Shown: one piece after another, positions 23,167-36,400 of the stretch
Numbering within the stretch: the first letter of the stretch is position 1
How the letters are laid out: each line of letters starts with the position of its first letter
Assembly (NCBI GenBank): GCA_030704615.1
Contig: CM060732.1
Location: forward strand, 41,044,001 to 41,108,000
DNA length: 64,000 bases
Direction: 5' to 3'
Source of the DNA: Takakia lepidozioides
Lineage: Eukaryota > Plantae > Bryophyta
Notes under the pieces: model-generated
Told to the model about the DNA's origin: nothing
The model's database searches: none
Seen by the model: the letters and a program-made list of their open reading frames with translations, nothing else
Program-made: the position numbers and the translations under genes

Positions 23167-23251
23167 TGTGGCAGACTACTTTATTGTGCATATATGTGTG
23201 GTGTGGTTTGGACAACGATGTAGTTGTGTAGCGATATGTATGCGCACGACA
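23167..23251 (+). repeat. Repeat B1 (85 bp, TG...CA)
   Basis: Matches 23615-23699 with one substitution. Confidence 0.95.
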
Positions 23252-23253
23252 GC

Positions 23254-23613
23254 TGTCAAGTTAAATAAGCACAGTGTGAAAACAGCTAGAATAAAACTAG
23301 TTATTTGTATTTAACACTTGGATTTAGGTCAAGTGTTAAATCAGGTGTCAAGTTTAGTTTGACACCTGGTCCGTCTTATCTTCACGAGAGCGGCAGTCGC
23401 GCGGCTCATCTTTCTCGAGTTGAGCCTGCGCGACCGAGCTCCTGTGTGCGTTTAGATCTGAGTTTACTCATGATGGGAGTGTAGGTTGTTGTGGGGTGGA
23501 GTCCCCATAGCTTGGGGTGCCCCTGGCTCGACTACTGTTTTAAAGAGTGATGGTTTTGGATTTCACATTGTTTCTTGTGTGGAGAGCAGTGTCATTTGTT
23601 AGCTTTCTTATCA
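23254..23613 (+). repeat. Repeat A2 (360 bp)
   Basis: Copy of 11890-12249. Confidence 0.95.
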
Positions 23614-23614
23614 T

Positions 23615-23699
23615 TGTGGCAGACTACTTTATTGTGCATATATGTGTGGTGTGGTTTGGACAGCGATGTAGTTGTGTAGCGATATGTATGCGCACGACA
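23615..23699 (+). repeat. Terminal repeat B2 (85 bp)
   Basis: Copy of 23167-23251, followed by the TSD GGCC. Confidence 0.95.
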
Positions 23700-24275
23700 G
23701 GCCCCTGCCCAAACTCAGCCCGATCCTCCTCGTCATCAGAATCAGCATGTCCCTGCATCCCGTGTTTCCCACGGTTCATTCACAGTATATGTAGATTATG
23801 ACATGTGGGCAAATGTAGTCACGGCTATCACTACATCACTTCGATTTGAGCAACGACATTGTGACACATAGCAGATAGTCTAGTGACATAGTCATGTTCC
23901 TATATGTGTTTATGACTACACGACTACAACTAGCCAACGACATATCGACATGTGTATAAAGGGCAGTCATAGAAACAACTACATGACTACAACTCGCCAA
24001 TCAACTTTCGACATGTGGAGTGGTGAAGTCATGGCTCTACTACCACACCAAAATGGTTTCAAAATTCAAACTTGGAGATTGCTAAGTCCTGAAGGACAGT
24101 GTGCTTCCTGTGGATGTACCAGAATAGTACAGCTGCGCAAAGTTGGATCCCTCTTATGTTTGAGGTAGTGCTTCTTCACTGTCTCCAAGAACTGCCATTT
24201 GGATCCATGACATTCAGTGCAATTGCAAAGCATTTTCTTGTTCCCATTTGATATTACGCCTCCTCGAGTCGCCAT
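23700..24275 (-). pseudogene. CACTA transposase 5' part (exon 1 at 24275-24120, exon 2 starting 23752)
   Basis: MLCNCTECHGSKWQFLETVKKHYLKH is a transposase-associated Cys/His domain. A phase-0 GT-AG intron joins it to GHADSDDEED, which continues across the Gypsy insertion. Confidence 0.75.
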
Positions 24276-24904
24276 AGTCTGTCATCTCGTAATCGCATGC
24301 GTGGCTCATATGCACCATGACGGCCGAACAAACGTTGAACGTTCATAGCTCGTAGTATGCAATGCCCTATAGAGCCTCTGCAACTTTGTGTCCTCAGTGC
24401 TCTCTCTACAATATATCTACCTCTTGCGGTGTGTGCTAGTGAGCTGCATGATCATTCATGGTGAAGTCCAAGGTTGTCATTGCTCCTCTTACTGAGTATG
24501 AGAAGCTACGTGAGGCTAACATTGTCATCCTTCACGGCAAAGTTGAAGCAAGACTTCGAAAGGTAAGGATCGAACAGTTCAGTGACCCAATCCTTTGACA
24601 ATGCATGCATGGCTAACAGGGTGATCTCTTCCCATTTGCACGGTAGATGAGGTGTGATCGAGAGGCGGCGTTGTTGGTGTGAATGTAGAAAAGGCTTGAA
24701 AAGTGCAAGTTGAGTGTAGTTTAGGGTATAGGAGTGCATTCATAGCAGTAGGCGGGAGTGAACCGCATTTGACGGGCAGCCATTGGGATAGCGGTAAGGC
24801 ACTTCATCGTTTTCTAGCTCCTTTATGAACATTAGGGTATGAGCTGCATTTGTCTTGTGTTAGTCGTTTAAGAGGGGAGATAGTCAAGTAACCTGTGGGC
24901 CGCA

Positions 24905-27900
24905 ATGGAGGTATTTTTGCAGGATTACGGTTGTGAAACCGCGTCGGAAGGCACGGTCTCGTGGAGCTCCTATCAAAGGTCCGGCAAGACGAAGTTCCGA
25001 ACTCGTACAACTGCCAAGCCCAAAGTAATTTTTGACATAGACGACGACGATCCTTACCTCCCACCACAAAAGGGAGCAGTACAGGAAGGGACTGGGGATT
25101 CAACCGACTCCATGTCGGAGGACGCAGATGCAGGCACAGTGGCGCACGCAGGGAAAAAACGTGGTGCAGGCACACCGTCTCCATTTGTGAGTGCATTTTA
25201 TGGGCATATTTGTAGTCTTTCACCACTTATTAGGTGAGCACAACCTCATGAGTGCCGAATAGTATTATGCGGACTTCATTAGGGGCCATGATCCGGCGAG
25301 GGATTGTTTAAATACTTGGCAAATTTAATTGCGTGTCAATATTCTTCTTCTTTCTGATTCTTTCATTGTATCTATGATCCTTCTATAGCCATCAACTATC
25401 AGCCTGATGAGATCATTGAAGAGCTCAAAGAAATCCTGGCCAAGCTATTTGAATATGTCCCACGTGACTTGGATGATATTGCGTTACGAAACACAATAGG
25501 CACAATTATGAAGTCCCGACGGCATGACTTGCACAAGGAATGACAAAAAGGTGGGGGGAAATCCATGGACGTGTCTGATGAGCATTGGAAGAGCCTCACC
25601 TCCTACTGGAGTACAGAACAGTACTCCAAAGTGCAGTCCCACTTGAAGACAGCAAATGCATGCATTCAAAATCACACCAAAACGGGCCGGGGAGGGAAAG
25701 ACAGCATGTAGGCACGCTTAGTAAGAACCCTCATGAGCTTTCTCACTGTACTCCTCTCAATACATTCTATGAATGTCAATCTTTAATGTTGGTTGGCTTA
25801 TGGTTTAGTATTTCAAGCAATTTTGGAGCTGAGCTTTAGTAAAAAATTATTTATGTGCTGACATGATTGTTCAATCTTGACGTTGCATTATCTTCAGTGG
25901 TTTTGTTATGGTTTTGTATGGTTGAGCCATTGAGTACAAATTGCACATTGGCTTCATATTGTTTGTTATGTTGGGTTCATATGTAGGAAAGAGAAACTGG
26001 GTGCCCCCCTACGTTGGCTGACATACAAGAATACTCTGTCTCAAGGATGTCAGCTGGGAGCGATAGGCGGGTAAGTGAGACTCAACAACCATGTGCTTTC
26101 AGTACATGTGTGCCCTGTGTATTATAGCACGTCTGGTTGCTCAAGTTCTTAGTGAATGATCTAAGTGTTGAAAGAATGTACTCATAAGAGTGCCAGTGTG
26201 TTGATTGACAAAACTGAGTTTGGTACCTCTAACCACTTCCTGGTTTGGACTGAGATCTGTTGGGTTTGGGTTTGTTGATTTTCACTATAAGCCAACATTG
26301 TATCCCTAGGATGGCCCTGTTTGGCCACGTCTAAGTCCATCAAGGGGCTTAGTAGAGGGTTAACACATTTTACTTCAGAAATTGCTGGGTGTGATCATTG
26401 TATCCCTAGGACTGCATGTGTGGTAGAAGGACCTGTGCCTGAATTTACTGCTTTGCTAGAACAAAAGTGGGACCAGTATTTTTGTACAGGTGAACATGTT
26501 GTAGTCATGGTTGCCAACGTTTGATGAATATGTGTCTGGTTGGTGTGATCACCCAATATGGATTGATAGGTAAGGTGCATGATGTTGTGCTCAAATATTG
26601 GCAGGTGGAAAAAAACTTGCTGGAACATGTTGTCTTATGCATTTTGGTCTATATGGTAGGAAGCGAGTGTAGCGTATTTTGCCATAGTCGGAAAGGTGGA
26701 TGCAATGGAAAAACAAGTCGAACATGATGGACTCTCAGAAGGCAATGATGCTCAAATTGGGGGTTAATGTCCCCCTGGCAGGTCCAGTGACATCTGGCAT
26801 GAATGGTTCTGGTGTCATTGTATCAAAAAGATTGGCGGAGCGGTTTGAGACCGTAACTGGCGATCAATCTCAACTCTCCCCTAACCCTATCACTGATGAT
26901 GGTTTGCATCTGTCCAAGCAGTTCGCCATAGGGAATGCAGGCACTGAGGCAGCAATTTCAAGTCAGCCTGCCTCTGGTACAAAGGAAGGTACTGATCATG
27001 GTGCCCGTGATATGTCTGAGAAGCCTGGTACACCGGATTCAGGTATGCATGATTCCTTGGGGAATTCACATGGGGAGGATGGGACAGATGCTACGGCATT
27101 TCAATTGGTTTTGCATCCCACTAGGGCTGATATGTTGAAGCCAGGTGAGTGTTTACAGTCTCCCCCACCTCGCAAGCACTTGCTAGTTTTGGATGTGAAT
27201 GGATTGCTCTGTGAATCCATTCATGTTGCTAGTGGTCCAACAACTGTTCCCAAAGGATTTGTGGGGAAGTTGTGTGGGATGAAAATGGTAGTTTTGAGAC
27301 CCAACTGTATTTCTTTTTTGCAAAAGTGTTTTGCACACTTTGAGGTGGCAGTGTGGTCTTGCTGCAAAGCTCGCAACTTCATTCCGATGGTGGACTTTAT
27401 TTTCAAAGGGCACACTAATCTTATTTTCCAGTGGGATGCCCTTTACTGTGAAGAACTTACTGACCCATTGGCTAGGGGGGCTGATGCAAAGCCCATATAT
27501 TTGAAGAACCTATCAAGAGTGTGGGCAGAGTGGCCAGAATGGGGTCCTGAAGACACTCTTCTTGTTGATGACACACCAAGAAAGACATCAAACAATCCTC
27601 CATTTAGTGGGATGTATCCGGAGCCATGGAAAATGCGATCATCAGGGCCAAAAGATGGCTATCTACTCGATTGTTGTGGCCGTTCTTGGAGAGGGCAAGC
27701 AAGACTCCTAGTATTCCACAGTTTCTGAAGTCTGAGCCTCTCTTTGGAGAACAACCCTACAATTCTGCTCTGTGTAATCGTCAGAAGGTACAACAATGTA
27801 ATGTAAGTCTGGTCTACATTTGGAATTCTTGGGTTGCTTGTGAATTGCATGAGCAGTGGGTTTCTCTTGAGTGAGCTATGTAGCTAGTGTATTTCAGGTT

Positions 27901-28740
27901 GTAATGCCACTGAAGAAATTGTAATGGTTTGTGATATAGGGACCCATGATGAAGCGGCTCCATGTTGTCAACAAGTCAGCAGAGGAGCTGGCTCTAGCAG
28001 TTCTTGCAGCCGCCTGAAAGTCAGCTTGGTGTAAGTCCATGACCTTCTTTTCCAATTTTGTTTATGTGGCCACTGGAGTGTAGACTACCGTCCTTCACGT
28101 TTGCTGTATCCTTGTGGTCATATCCTTCCGCATCCAGTGGGAGACCATTGTGAGGGATTTACTTCAGTTTATTGCTAAGGGTAGGTACAGAAAGTACTCA
28201 TAAGACCTTGTGTTTGGCATAGCCTTTTGGGTAGGTAGGTAGAGAGAACGAAATTGAAATGTGTGTGTGTGTGTATGTATGTTGTTTGCTGCAATTTGTT
28301 GGCTGTAGACCTTCCTGCCTACCCTTCCTTCCTCCCATCCCTCCCTCCATCCCTATTAGTAGTTTCAGCCCCCCTCCCAGTACTTAAGTACTATAATGCT
28401 TGGACCTCTGTAGTCTAGCGTGCATGGTATTTTCACTCATTGTTTTTGCTGGTGGGTGCCGGGATGACAGTTTAAGGTGGGAGACCAAGTTCGGCTCCTT
28501 AACGTGATGTCCAAACGGACAAAGGTTGGATCAGGGATTATATGTAATCTGCAAGGCTACAAGGTAAGTGAGGGCTACCCTGATGTGCCAGCTGAGTATG
28601 CGGCTATATACATCAAAGAGACATACGTCACTAACGCTCCTTTACCATATCTCAACGATGTTAAGAAACATACCGTGTTGGGGGATGTGGTAGGAAGCAC
28701 CACACTTTGGAGTTTGAAGCTACTGAGACATGAGGTTTAG
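24905..28740 (+). pseudogene. Spliced TnpA-like gene with an internal FCP1/NIF (HAD) phosphatase domain
   Basis: ~25565-25715 DVSDEHWKSLTSYWS...HTKTGRGG (Transposase_24-like, with stops); 27170-27640 LLVLDVNGLL, LRPNC, VAVWS, LKNLSRVW, TLLVDDTPRK; 28477-28740 Tnp1/En/Spm-like C-terminal domain (APLPY...LGDVVGSTTLW). Confidence 0.75.
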
Positions 28741-30030
28741 GAAGTTCTACTATTTTGTTTGTCAATAAAGCCCTTACTTCTAGCAGTATCTATTGAATCT
28801 AGTTTTTTCCAGGTAAGTGTTTTAGGGACATTGTGATTGAACAATGAAGCATATTTTGTGAATTTATATACAAAGACTGATTCGAACACCACATGAATGT
28901 GTTTGCTGTGATTGTGATGTTGCTGTTTCTATGGATGACATGTTTGATTGTAGTTGTCTTTCAGACTGTATGATATTGGTGCTTCTGTCAGTCTATGCAA
29001 CAGGGTTGGTGGTAGAATCTTTCTTTGTCACACTTTGCAACTGCCAGCAGGGTTGGGGGTCCACTCTCTGGTCATTGGAAGATTAATGTAGGCTCTCCTT
29101 CCCTACAGAGGGGGTGTGTCTTGATATAGAGGGCCAATTGCTTTGCCAATTGCTGTGCTTATGAGAGCTCCACATGGTTTGTTTAAATTTCATATTAATT
29201 TACTTTAATTTACTATTTAAATTAGTCATTTGAAATTGAATAATATATAATAAATTTTAAAATCTACATGACCTACACGTGTCATTCACACATACTCCAA
29301 CAAGACCACGTGGCATCTGTAGTGTTGTAGTGAAATAGTCACACCCATCGTAATGTAGTCATACATGTATTCAGGAAATGTGCCACATGTCATCCCCAGC
29401 GATGTACTGAGTAGTTATGTAGTCACACAATGTAGTCATGTAGTCATAAAGTTACGCCTACATCACTATACTCCATCCCACGATTTGGACACGTGTCATA
29501 GCAGAGGGATTACGTGTGTCACGCAGACAACTATCCATGTAGGCGGACTTCTGTAGTAATGTAGTTATCATGTTAGTCATGACATGTAGTCGTGTAGTCC
29601 ACTGTACCATATGGTCACACATGTCAAATCCCAAGGAGCCCACGTGTCACGCACAAGCCTCTCCATGTAGGCGCAATGCTGTAGTGATGTAGTCATAATG
29701 TACAGTCGTGTAATTATTTCTGTTATGACTACATCACCAAACCCTGCATCACTATCCCATGCCACGTCCTCAGTGACGACCATGACTTCGCACTTATCAC
29801 TCCGTAGTCATGGTAGAACTGACTTCGTGTTTGTCACTGTAGAGTGAGGTAGGCGTAAAAGCACTTATCATGTGTTGTCGTCCAGGCTGTCTATGTGCAT
29901 GTCCATGTTAGTCCTCTCAGACAACTCAATATCCACTGCACTGGACAGTGGACCTTGCCCTTCAAAGTCTTTGTTGCGGATAACATTGTCTGTCGAACTA
30001 GCAGACCGCCGGGTGGGAACATCGGCAGAC

Positions 30031-30627
30031 TCACTTGAGTCGCTGATGGGTATAATCTGGGCACTGGGACCTTTGGGGCAGCCGCGTTTGGGACGGACCA
30101 CCCGGCTGGGAAGCCATGCTTGCATCGCGAGCAGACCTTGCCACTTTCGCTTGGGCCTTTTTTGCGGCCCCATCACTGAGTTTTTGCTTGCAGGGAGGCA
30201 CTTCCTCGAAACCCGTTGCAGCCACCTTTCCAGCAGCCCGCCAGTACCGTTGGCGCAATTCTTCATAACTTTGAGGGACAGGGTTTGCGCCGCGGGTTCT
30301 GAAAACAACGTCATCTCGTGCTTTCTGTGATACTGGTATGGGCCAGGGCTTGAAATTAGGAGGAATGGTGGCCTTGCATCCCGTGTCCACATAATGCCAG
30401 TTTAACTGGATTTTGTCCTTTATGTTCTCCTCACAAAAATGACACTTGAGCCTATTCTTCTTCCATTCAGGGTTTTCCGACCTTGCAACCTTCAGATCCA
30501 CACATGCTTCCACTATTTTACGATCGTACTCCATTGGTGAGTACCAGTATCTTCGCAGCTTCTTCAACCGCGTCATGTGCACAAACTCCATCCAGTCCGG
30601 TCCACCCTTCGCGCAAGCATCCTCCAT
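30031..30627 (-). other. Orphan ORF with putative zinc finger, probably TE-borne
   Basis: CHFC-x12-H-x5-C motif; adjacent to CAGACT-rich repetitive DNA. Confidence 0.35.
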
Positions 30628-31099
30628 CGCCTCTTACAACACAGAAGACCTGCAAGAAGGACTGCGAAGAACAGACTACAAAGAACACAATGCAAAGAGG
30701 ACTACAAAGAATGATTACAAACGACTTCCTGCGAGGAGAAAAACGAGGACAGAAAGAGAAGAGAAAGAGACAATGACAATGACGACGAACACAACTGCCT
30801 ACGAGCGCAACGGGAGCAACGGTGTGCACGACGGTTGGGACTACAGGACGCTCCACATTTGCGCGCACGGAAGAAAGACGAACGTTCAGTCAAAAGGTGA
30901 GAAGGCGGGAAGGTGAAGTTGAAGGCCACGCTGACACCAGACCGGACATGCCGTCTCGCCGGCTCGATGTGGTGCGCATTCATTGACACCGTCACCGCCG
31001 CCATGGCATTTAAAAGGTCCGCTGGATCCGACGGTCTAGCAGACTCCCAGCCAACAGACCGCAGGTGCAACAAACCTCGTGTCCACCAGACCTCAGGTG

Positions 31100-31790
31100 C
31101 CACATACCTCGGGTACAGGTTGCGTCTTCAGTCGGCAATCCACTATGCATCATAAACAGACTGCGTGCTGGACATGAACGGCATAACAGACTCCCCACAG
31201 TTAATAGGCTGACAGCTGAAAACACCGCCCATGCTTGTAACTGAATGCCCTTACTTCTCAACAGTCTGTCGGAGGAACAGACTGACGATCAACGGACAAA
31301 CTGCAAGAGAGAGCACACTGTCAGTCAACAGACTGGCTGGTCAACGGATTGATAGTTCGGTCGCCATCTGCAACAGACTACCGGTAGACTACACTACCAC
31401 AGACAGAGCAGACTACCGACGGACGAACAGACTGCTGGCAGACTAGACTGACGGTGCATCAGAAAGAGCAGACTCTCGGCACATAGACTGCCGGCAGTCT
31501 ACACTGACGGTGCAACAAACAGACCAAATGACAGGCCAAAAGACTGACAGGACAATAGACTCAGCGACGCAAAGCTCGAACACACACGTTTTGGCTGCAC
31601 ATCCATGATGAAACTGTTTTGCACAACAGACTCACGAAAACATACTCCAAAGGACCTACAATTTGAAGGACACAAAATGACTGTTGAACCGCAAATATGT
31701 ACAAGGAGGCCAATGGTCGAAATCAGGTTTTTTTTCAACAGACTCACGATAACACAACCGAAAATACACAATTGAGGAAGACTCACAATC
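31100..31790. repeat. Degenerate (A)CAGACT-rich short-repeat region
   Basis: Dense recurrence of CAGAC(T); a similar texture occurs at 5096-5300. Confidence 0.6.
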
Positions 31791-31847
31791 ACTAAGTACA
31801 AAAAAGACCATAGCAGTTTCATCGCTGGATACGGAATCTGCAATGTT

Positions 31848-33449
31848 TATACGCCCTCATGTGGATATGCTCCGGCGATTTTCGCTATCATCTTGCCCAT
31901 GGTTTCCGTTGCGGACTGAAGAGGTGAAGTGACTGACGGATGCTTCCAGCACACCATGAATACTATAAAATTTAAGAAGACCATAAAGCAATGTTTACTA
32001 AGGACATGTTTAGGCAGGCTTGATTGCACTTGGGCTTAGATGGACCTCGACATAGGAGACGCACTTGGATACATAGGAAATTGCACTTGGTCTTAGGTTT
32101 CAATTCTTCACATGTGGGCCAACGGCATGGGCTACACTAGGCACTTGAACTGTAACAAGAATCGTCCTATGAGTTTCCAATTGATGTCATATCTGAGAGC
32201 CTGGTTGGAATCAAAGAGTACATGCGTTGCTGGTTGAGCTGGCTGTTGTTTGGAGATCCAGTCATGGTGGCGGAAACGAAGAAGGTGACAGAAGGTAGGA
32301 AAAAATCGAACGTCAATTCCTGCAAGCTTAAAATAGCAAGCCCGTACGGTGATCGTAACCATAGCGAAGTTGGCCTCCAAAGGAAGGGCAGATTGTGAGA
32401 GACGAAGTGCAAATAAAACCCTAAACCCCAAATATGGATCACATCCATTTTAGCATCCATCCATCCAGCTATTCATCCATCCATACATCCATGCTCAAGC
32501 AGCCATACACTGTCATCATTAGTGTATGGCTAGCTACTTGTAAGGCACTCGGGCCAGCAAAATACAAAGGAAATTTCCTAAAAATTCTTTGCATCTATCA
32601 TTAGGTGACCCCGGGACAGGGACCATTGGATCACCATCCCAACCAGGCTTTAGGGTTTGGGAAAATTGCTGGCGGCGGCCTGTCTTCTCCTTCATAATAC
32701 CCCAAAGCATGTACTAAGACCTCATCACGCAAAGCTCGAGCTTTTGTCTCTCTCTGTAGCTTTCACCTGTTCTCGAGAGTTGAGGTCCGGCCTTAGACTT
32801 TCGTTACGATGTTTGTTACTAGCCCTGCTCCCTCTCCGATTTCTGTATTTAACAGGCTTGACACGCAATGGGGAATCCTGGATGGAGTGAGGTAGGACGG
32901 AGGCCTGGACGAAATGGTCAAGTAGGACCTGGCTGTAACGGTCCAACTGAACCATTCCCTCTAGCCCTCTGTCCGCTCATGCTAATCAAACGATTCCACA
33001 GGTCTTTCCGGTTTACAATGAGCAGATCCATGGGGTGGGATGTGTCGAGGCTCCAACACTTGGAGCTGATACGGTCAGCTATGCTGTCGGTTGGAGTTGA
33101 ACTATGAACGGATGTTTGACACAAGGGGTCGTGTGCCTGTACAGTAAGGTCATCCCAGAGGTGTCTTAGTTTGATTTCATCGTTGTGTTCTACTCGGTTC
33201 TTCTTCCCTTTAGGAAGCTGGAAGGGAAGCTGAAATATTTGTGATTTCCGCTCTACGTTACCCTGCTGTTCTGTATGCCGGTATGTCTAAGTGGGCTCAG
33301 TTCTGCGTGGGGTCAAAAACTGAGATGATGATAACTGAAAACTGATCTTGTGATGAGGATCACTAAATTGTCTTCAAAGTTTTCTGATCGTCTACGACAC
33401 CCCATCAGGGTTGACTCTCCTAGGCAGCGCTTGTGACTTCGGGCGTACA
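31848..33449. mobile_element. Probable solo LTR (~1.6 kb)
   Basis: Termini TATACGCCC ... GGGCGTACA (8/9 inverted match); no coding capacity; flanks TGTT/TGTG. Confidence 0.4.
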
Positions 33450-36400
33450 TGTGAAACACCGAACTTCTTCGGAATGCAATGCTGGGGTTATTTTGGCGGC
33501 TACCAACAGAACTTGTGATTTTGTGCTTAGTGTGCAGCCCGAGTGGGTCGATGCTGCTCAGTGCACAGTCTCGATATAGGTTCTCCTGCTATCGTAAGTG
33601 TGGTATGTTGGTTTTTGGAAATGGGCAATTGGAAATGAATGCTTATGGACGGTCGAGCGCCGACCAAAGAATCACGGACGGCGCTCAACATATACTGTAA
33701 GCTAAAGTGACAATGGTACACTCATTCTTGGTCCTGATTACTGATCGACTGATATATGTGGTCCAGATATTTTCTCCATTGTCCCATACAGAATTCGCGC
33801 TGCTCAAGCACAACCCAGTGACCATAGTTCTGTCCATATCTTGTGCCCTCCCCGTGCCGTCCTGCCCTTTGGGCACGGCTAAGCGTGTGTGATGCATGCA
33901 ATCTCCCCAGTCTGTCTTCTCTCAGGATTTTGTTTTTTTACAAGTGGTGAAGCAGCTGATGTATCTGGGAGCAGATACTTTAGCAAGTGATCCACCTCGT
34001 CATTGACACCACGTTGCAGCTGCTAGATTTGTTTGCAGAGCTGTGTCTGGTGAGCCTTCTCCTCCCTGCTTTTGCCTATACCTTTTCGATCGTGTGCATT
34101 GGTGGGTCGGTAGGATGGTCCAGCCTTCATTCGTGACTGTTTGGAGGGAATTAGAAGATAGTTGGTCATACATGGAAAGCTCAACCCCAACGCACCAAGT
34201 AGCCCCCTGTTTGCTGGAGCCATGGCTCACAGGGAAATAACGAGAGGGTAATAACGGTGCTACATGAAACCGGCGGTTATGGTCACACCTCCTTGGGACT
34301 GCTGCGGACTTCGCAGTTCTAGACTCACCCTCCAAACAGTCCATCCTACGCGAGTTGTAGTTTGGACAATTTCTCGCAGTGATGTTTGTAAGCAATTGCA
34401 GTGAAGTTAAAGAGTTTTCTGGTCTCTCGTTATGTGCTAAAATGCATGTACATCAGCAGTTAGCCAAACTGAAGTCTGCATGCATTTCACGTTTATGTGA
34501 GGATTCAAGTACTGTATTCCTCCTAGAATATTTTCACTTACTCTGTCTCCTGTTTTATGCATGCAATGCCTTGTTCGGAGCTTTTGTTCTACAGAGCTTT
34601 GGTGGCCGCCTGCACTGGAAGCAGAGCACAGTAAATCTTGAGATATCGTTTCAGTGCCTAAGGCTCTTTGAAGCCCATGGGTGATCTGATTGTTGCTCAA
34701 GGACATTTGTAGACTAGTTATCTCCTGCTTGAGATCTGGTTGTTTCCTCTAATCAGTTTCAGAAACTGAGGATTGTTTTTTGGTTCTCTTCTGAACGCTT
34801 TCTGTGTCGAAACACAAAATCAAGATTTCTTCAAGTTCGGTTTCTGTAACGCTTTGTCCTGCAAGGTGAAGTTGCAACCCTGCTCTATGCTGAGAAAGTG
34901 GCCTCAGAGCACAATGGATCTAGCTCCTCCAGCATGGAGAAATTTGTTGAGCAGCTGCTTTGATTTACAGATGAAACAAGTCAAGGATACTTGTCTTCAA
35001 CTTGATATTGTTCATCTTCTCACTGCGTCAGAACATCAACTTAGACTTGCTCCTTCAGTTGTATCTGTAAACGGTTCCATAGACCTTGGGATTCCTCAGG
35101 ACGCTATGAAACTTATTTTCGCCTCTCATGGCAGCACAAAACCCTGCCCAGCAATGTCGGTGAAGTGAGTGAAATAAGGAGATTTCGAGGCACGTGCGAA
35201 TTTTGTAAAGCAAGTGCTTGATACACGCCGAAACCCTGCTATTCAAACTCAACTTTGGCCTCGGATTCAAGCCTATGCAGAAAAGACGCCGCCGAAACTG
35301 CTGGTAAAGACACTGCTTCTCTGTAGCACCAACACTCTTCTGGTGCATTTCAGCTTCAGATTCCTCCTCGCCATCCGTACCATCTCCATCACCCATACCC
35401 TCCTGTGCTGCCGCATCCAAATCCGTTGTCATATCTAGAGCTATGCCTATGTACTGTTCTAATATCCAGCGTCAACTAAATTCAGCAATTGAAGAAGACT
35501 CCTTGCTTTCAACCTCTCAGCAGAGTACAGGCCCACCTCTGCCATATAGCATGCACAGACCAAAACTTTCGATGATGCCACCACCCACTTTCTTGGTTGC
35601 GGTCTGATTAAATCCATCTAGTTCGATAGTCCAAATTGCAGGAATGTGGAGTCTCCTGAGCAAATGAAGGACCCAAGAGAATCTCAACCGAAAATTTGTT
35701 CTTATTCTTGCTATATCCCCCTTACAAAGGCAGTCTCTGTGTTACTCGTGATGTTGTCTGGCCTCCGGCAACATACTAGACTGGAGCTGCAACCAGTGCA
35801 GTTACCTTACTCATGGGCAACACAATCAGGGATCCTAATCTTTAGGAACTTCCAAAGACTAATTCCTGCACTCTTCACACAGTTACCTCCTGTTCAGCCT
35901 ATAGTCAGTTCACCCTGGTCAATGATGAACAGCACAAGATGGTCCTTTCTCAAATCTAGAGAGCCATCCATAAAAACTGGGACTGATACGCTGAGTAGAC
36001 TAATGGAAGCTTAAATCTGGACACAAGCTTGAACTTTGGGGTGTTCGGTCATCTCAATGTGGGCTACAAAAGTGCGTCTCATTTCTGAGCTCAAACATTA
36101 CAGGAAACAATCTACCGGAAAACAATCCAAGAACGACAACAACCGACACTGAGCAGGAGATACCTAGATGCATGAACTGGAGGAAAGTGCAGTTGACTGG
36201 TGAAAGGGCTCGCGAAGTGTCCCAGATTCCGGGATGCTGGAAGGAGGATGACATCACTCACGACCTTTTCACCAACAGGTTGACGTCTGTTCCAAAATGG
36301 AATGTCCATGGTGAGGGATTCTCTGAGCCCTCATTACGAACGATGGAGGATGTCCTGATCATGTTGAGGATTTGGTGAAAGCCTTGAATAATGCCAAAGA

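Larger units (their letters stand above)
11890..23699 (+). mobile_element. Ty3/Gypsy retrotransposon with DNMT and PHD domains and split terminal repeats (A...B-A-B)
   Basis: Termini TGTC...GACA; 4-bp TSD GGCC (11886-11889 / 23700-23703); domain order gag-PR-DNMT-RT-RH-IN-PHD. Removing the element plus one GGCC restores the host transposase frame (EFGQGPNERENNTDHEGGVEAEIQ). Confidence 0.95.
5571..29846. mobile_element. CACTA/EnSpm DNA transposon (boundaries approximate) hosting a nested Gypsy element
   Basis: Starts CACTACTACA at 5571. ATGACTAC/GTAGTCAT motif clusters lie at 5595-5930, 23800-24030 and 29270-29815. TnpD- and TnpA-like genes lie inside. The right end TGTAGAGTG is degenerate and the 3-bp TSD does not match, so the limits are uncertain. 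Confidence 0.45.

Noticed and set aside
11890-23699. DIRS/Ngaro/PAT classification suggested by the split direct repeats
   Set aside because: No tyrosine recombinase is seen; the element has a protease, a DDE integrase, a PPT and a TSD, so it is Gypsy-type.
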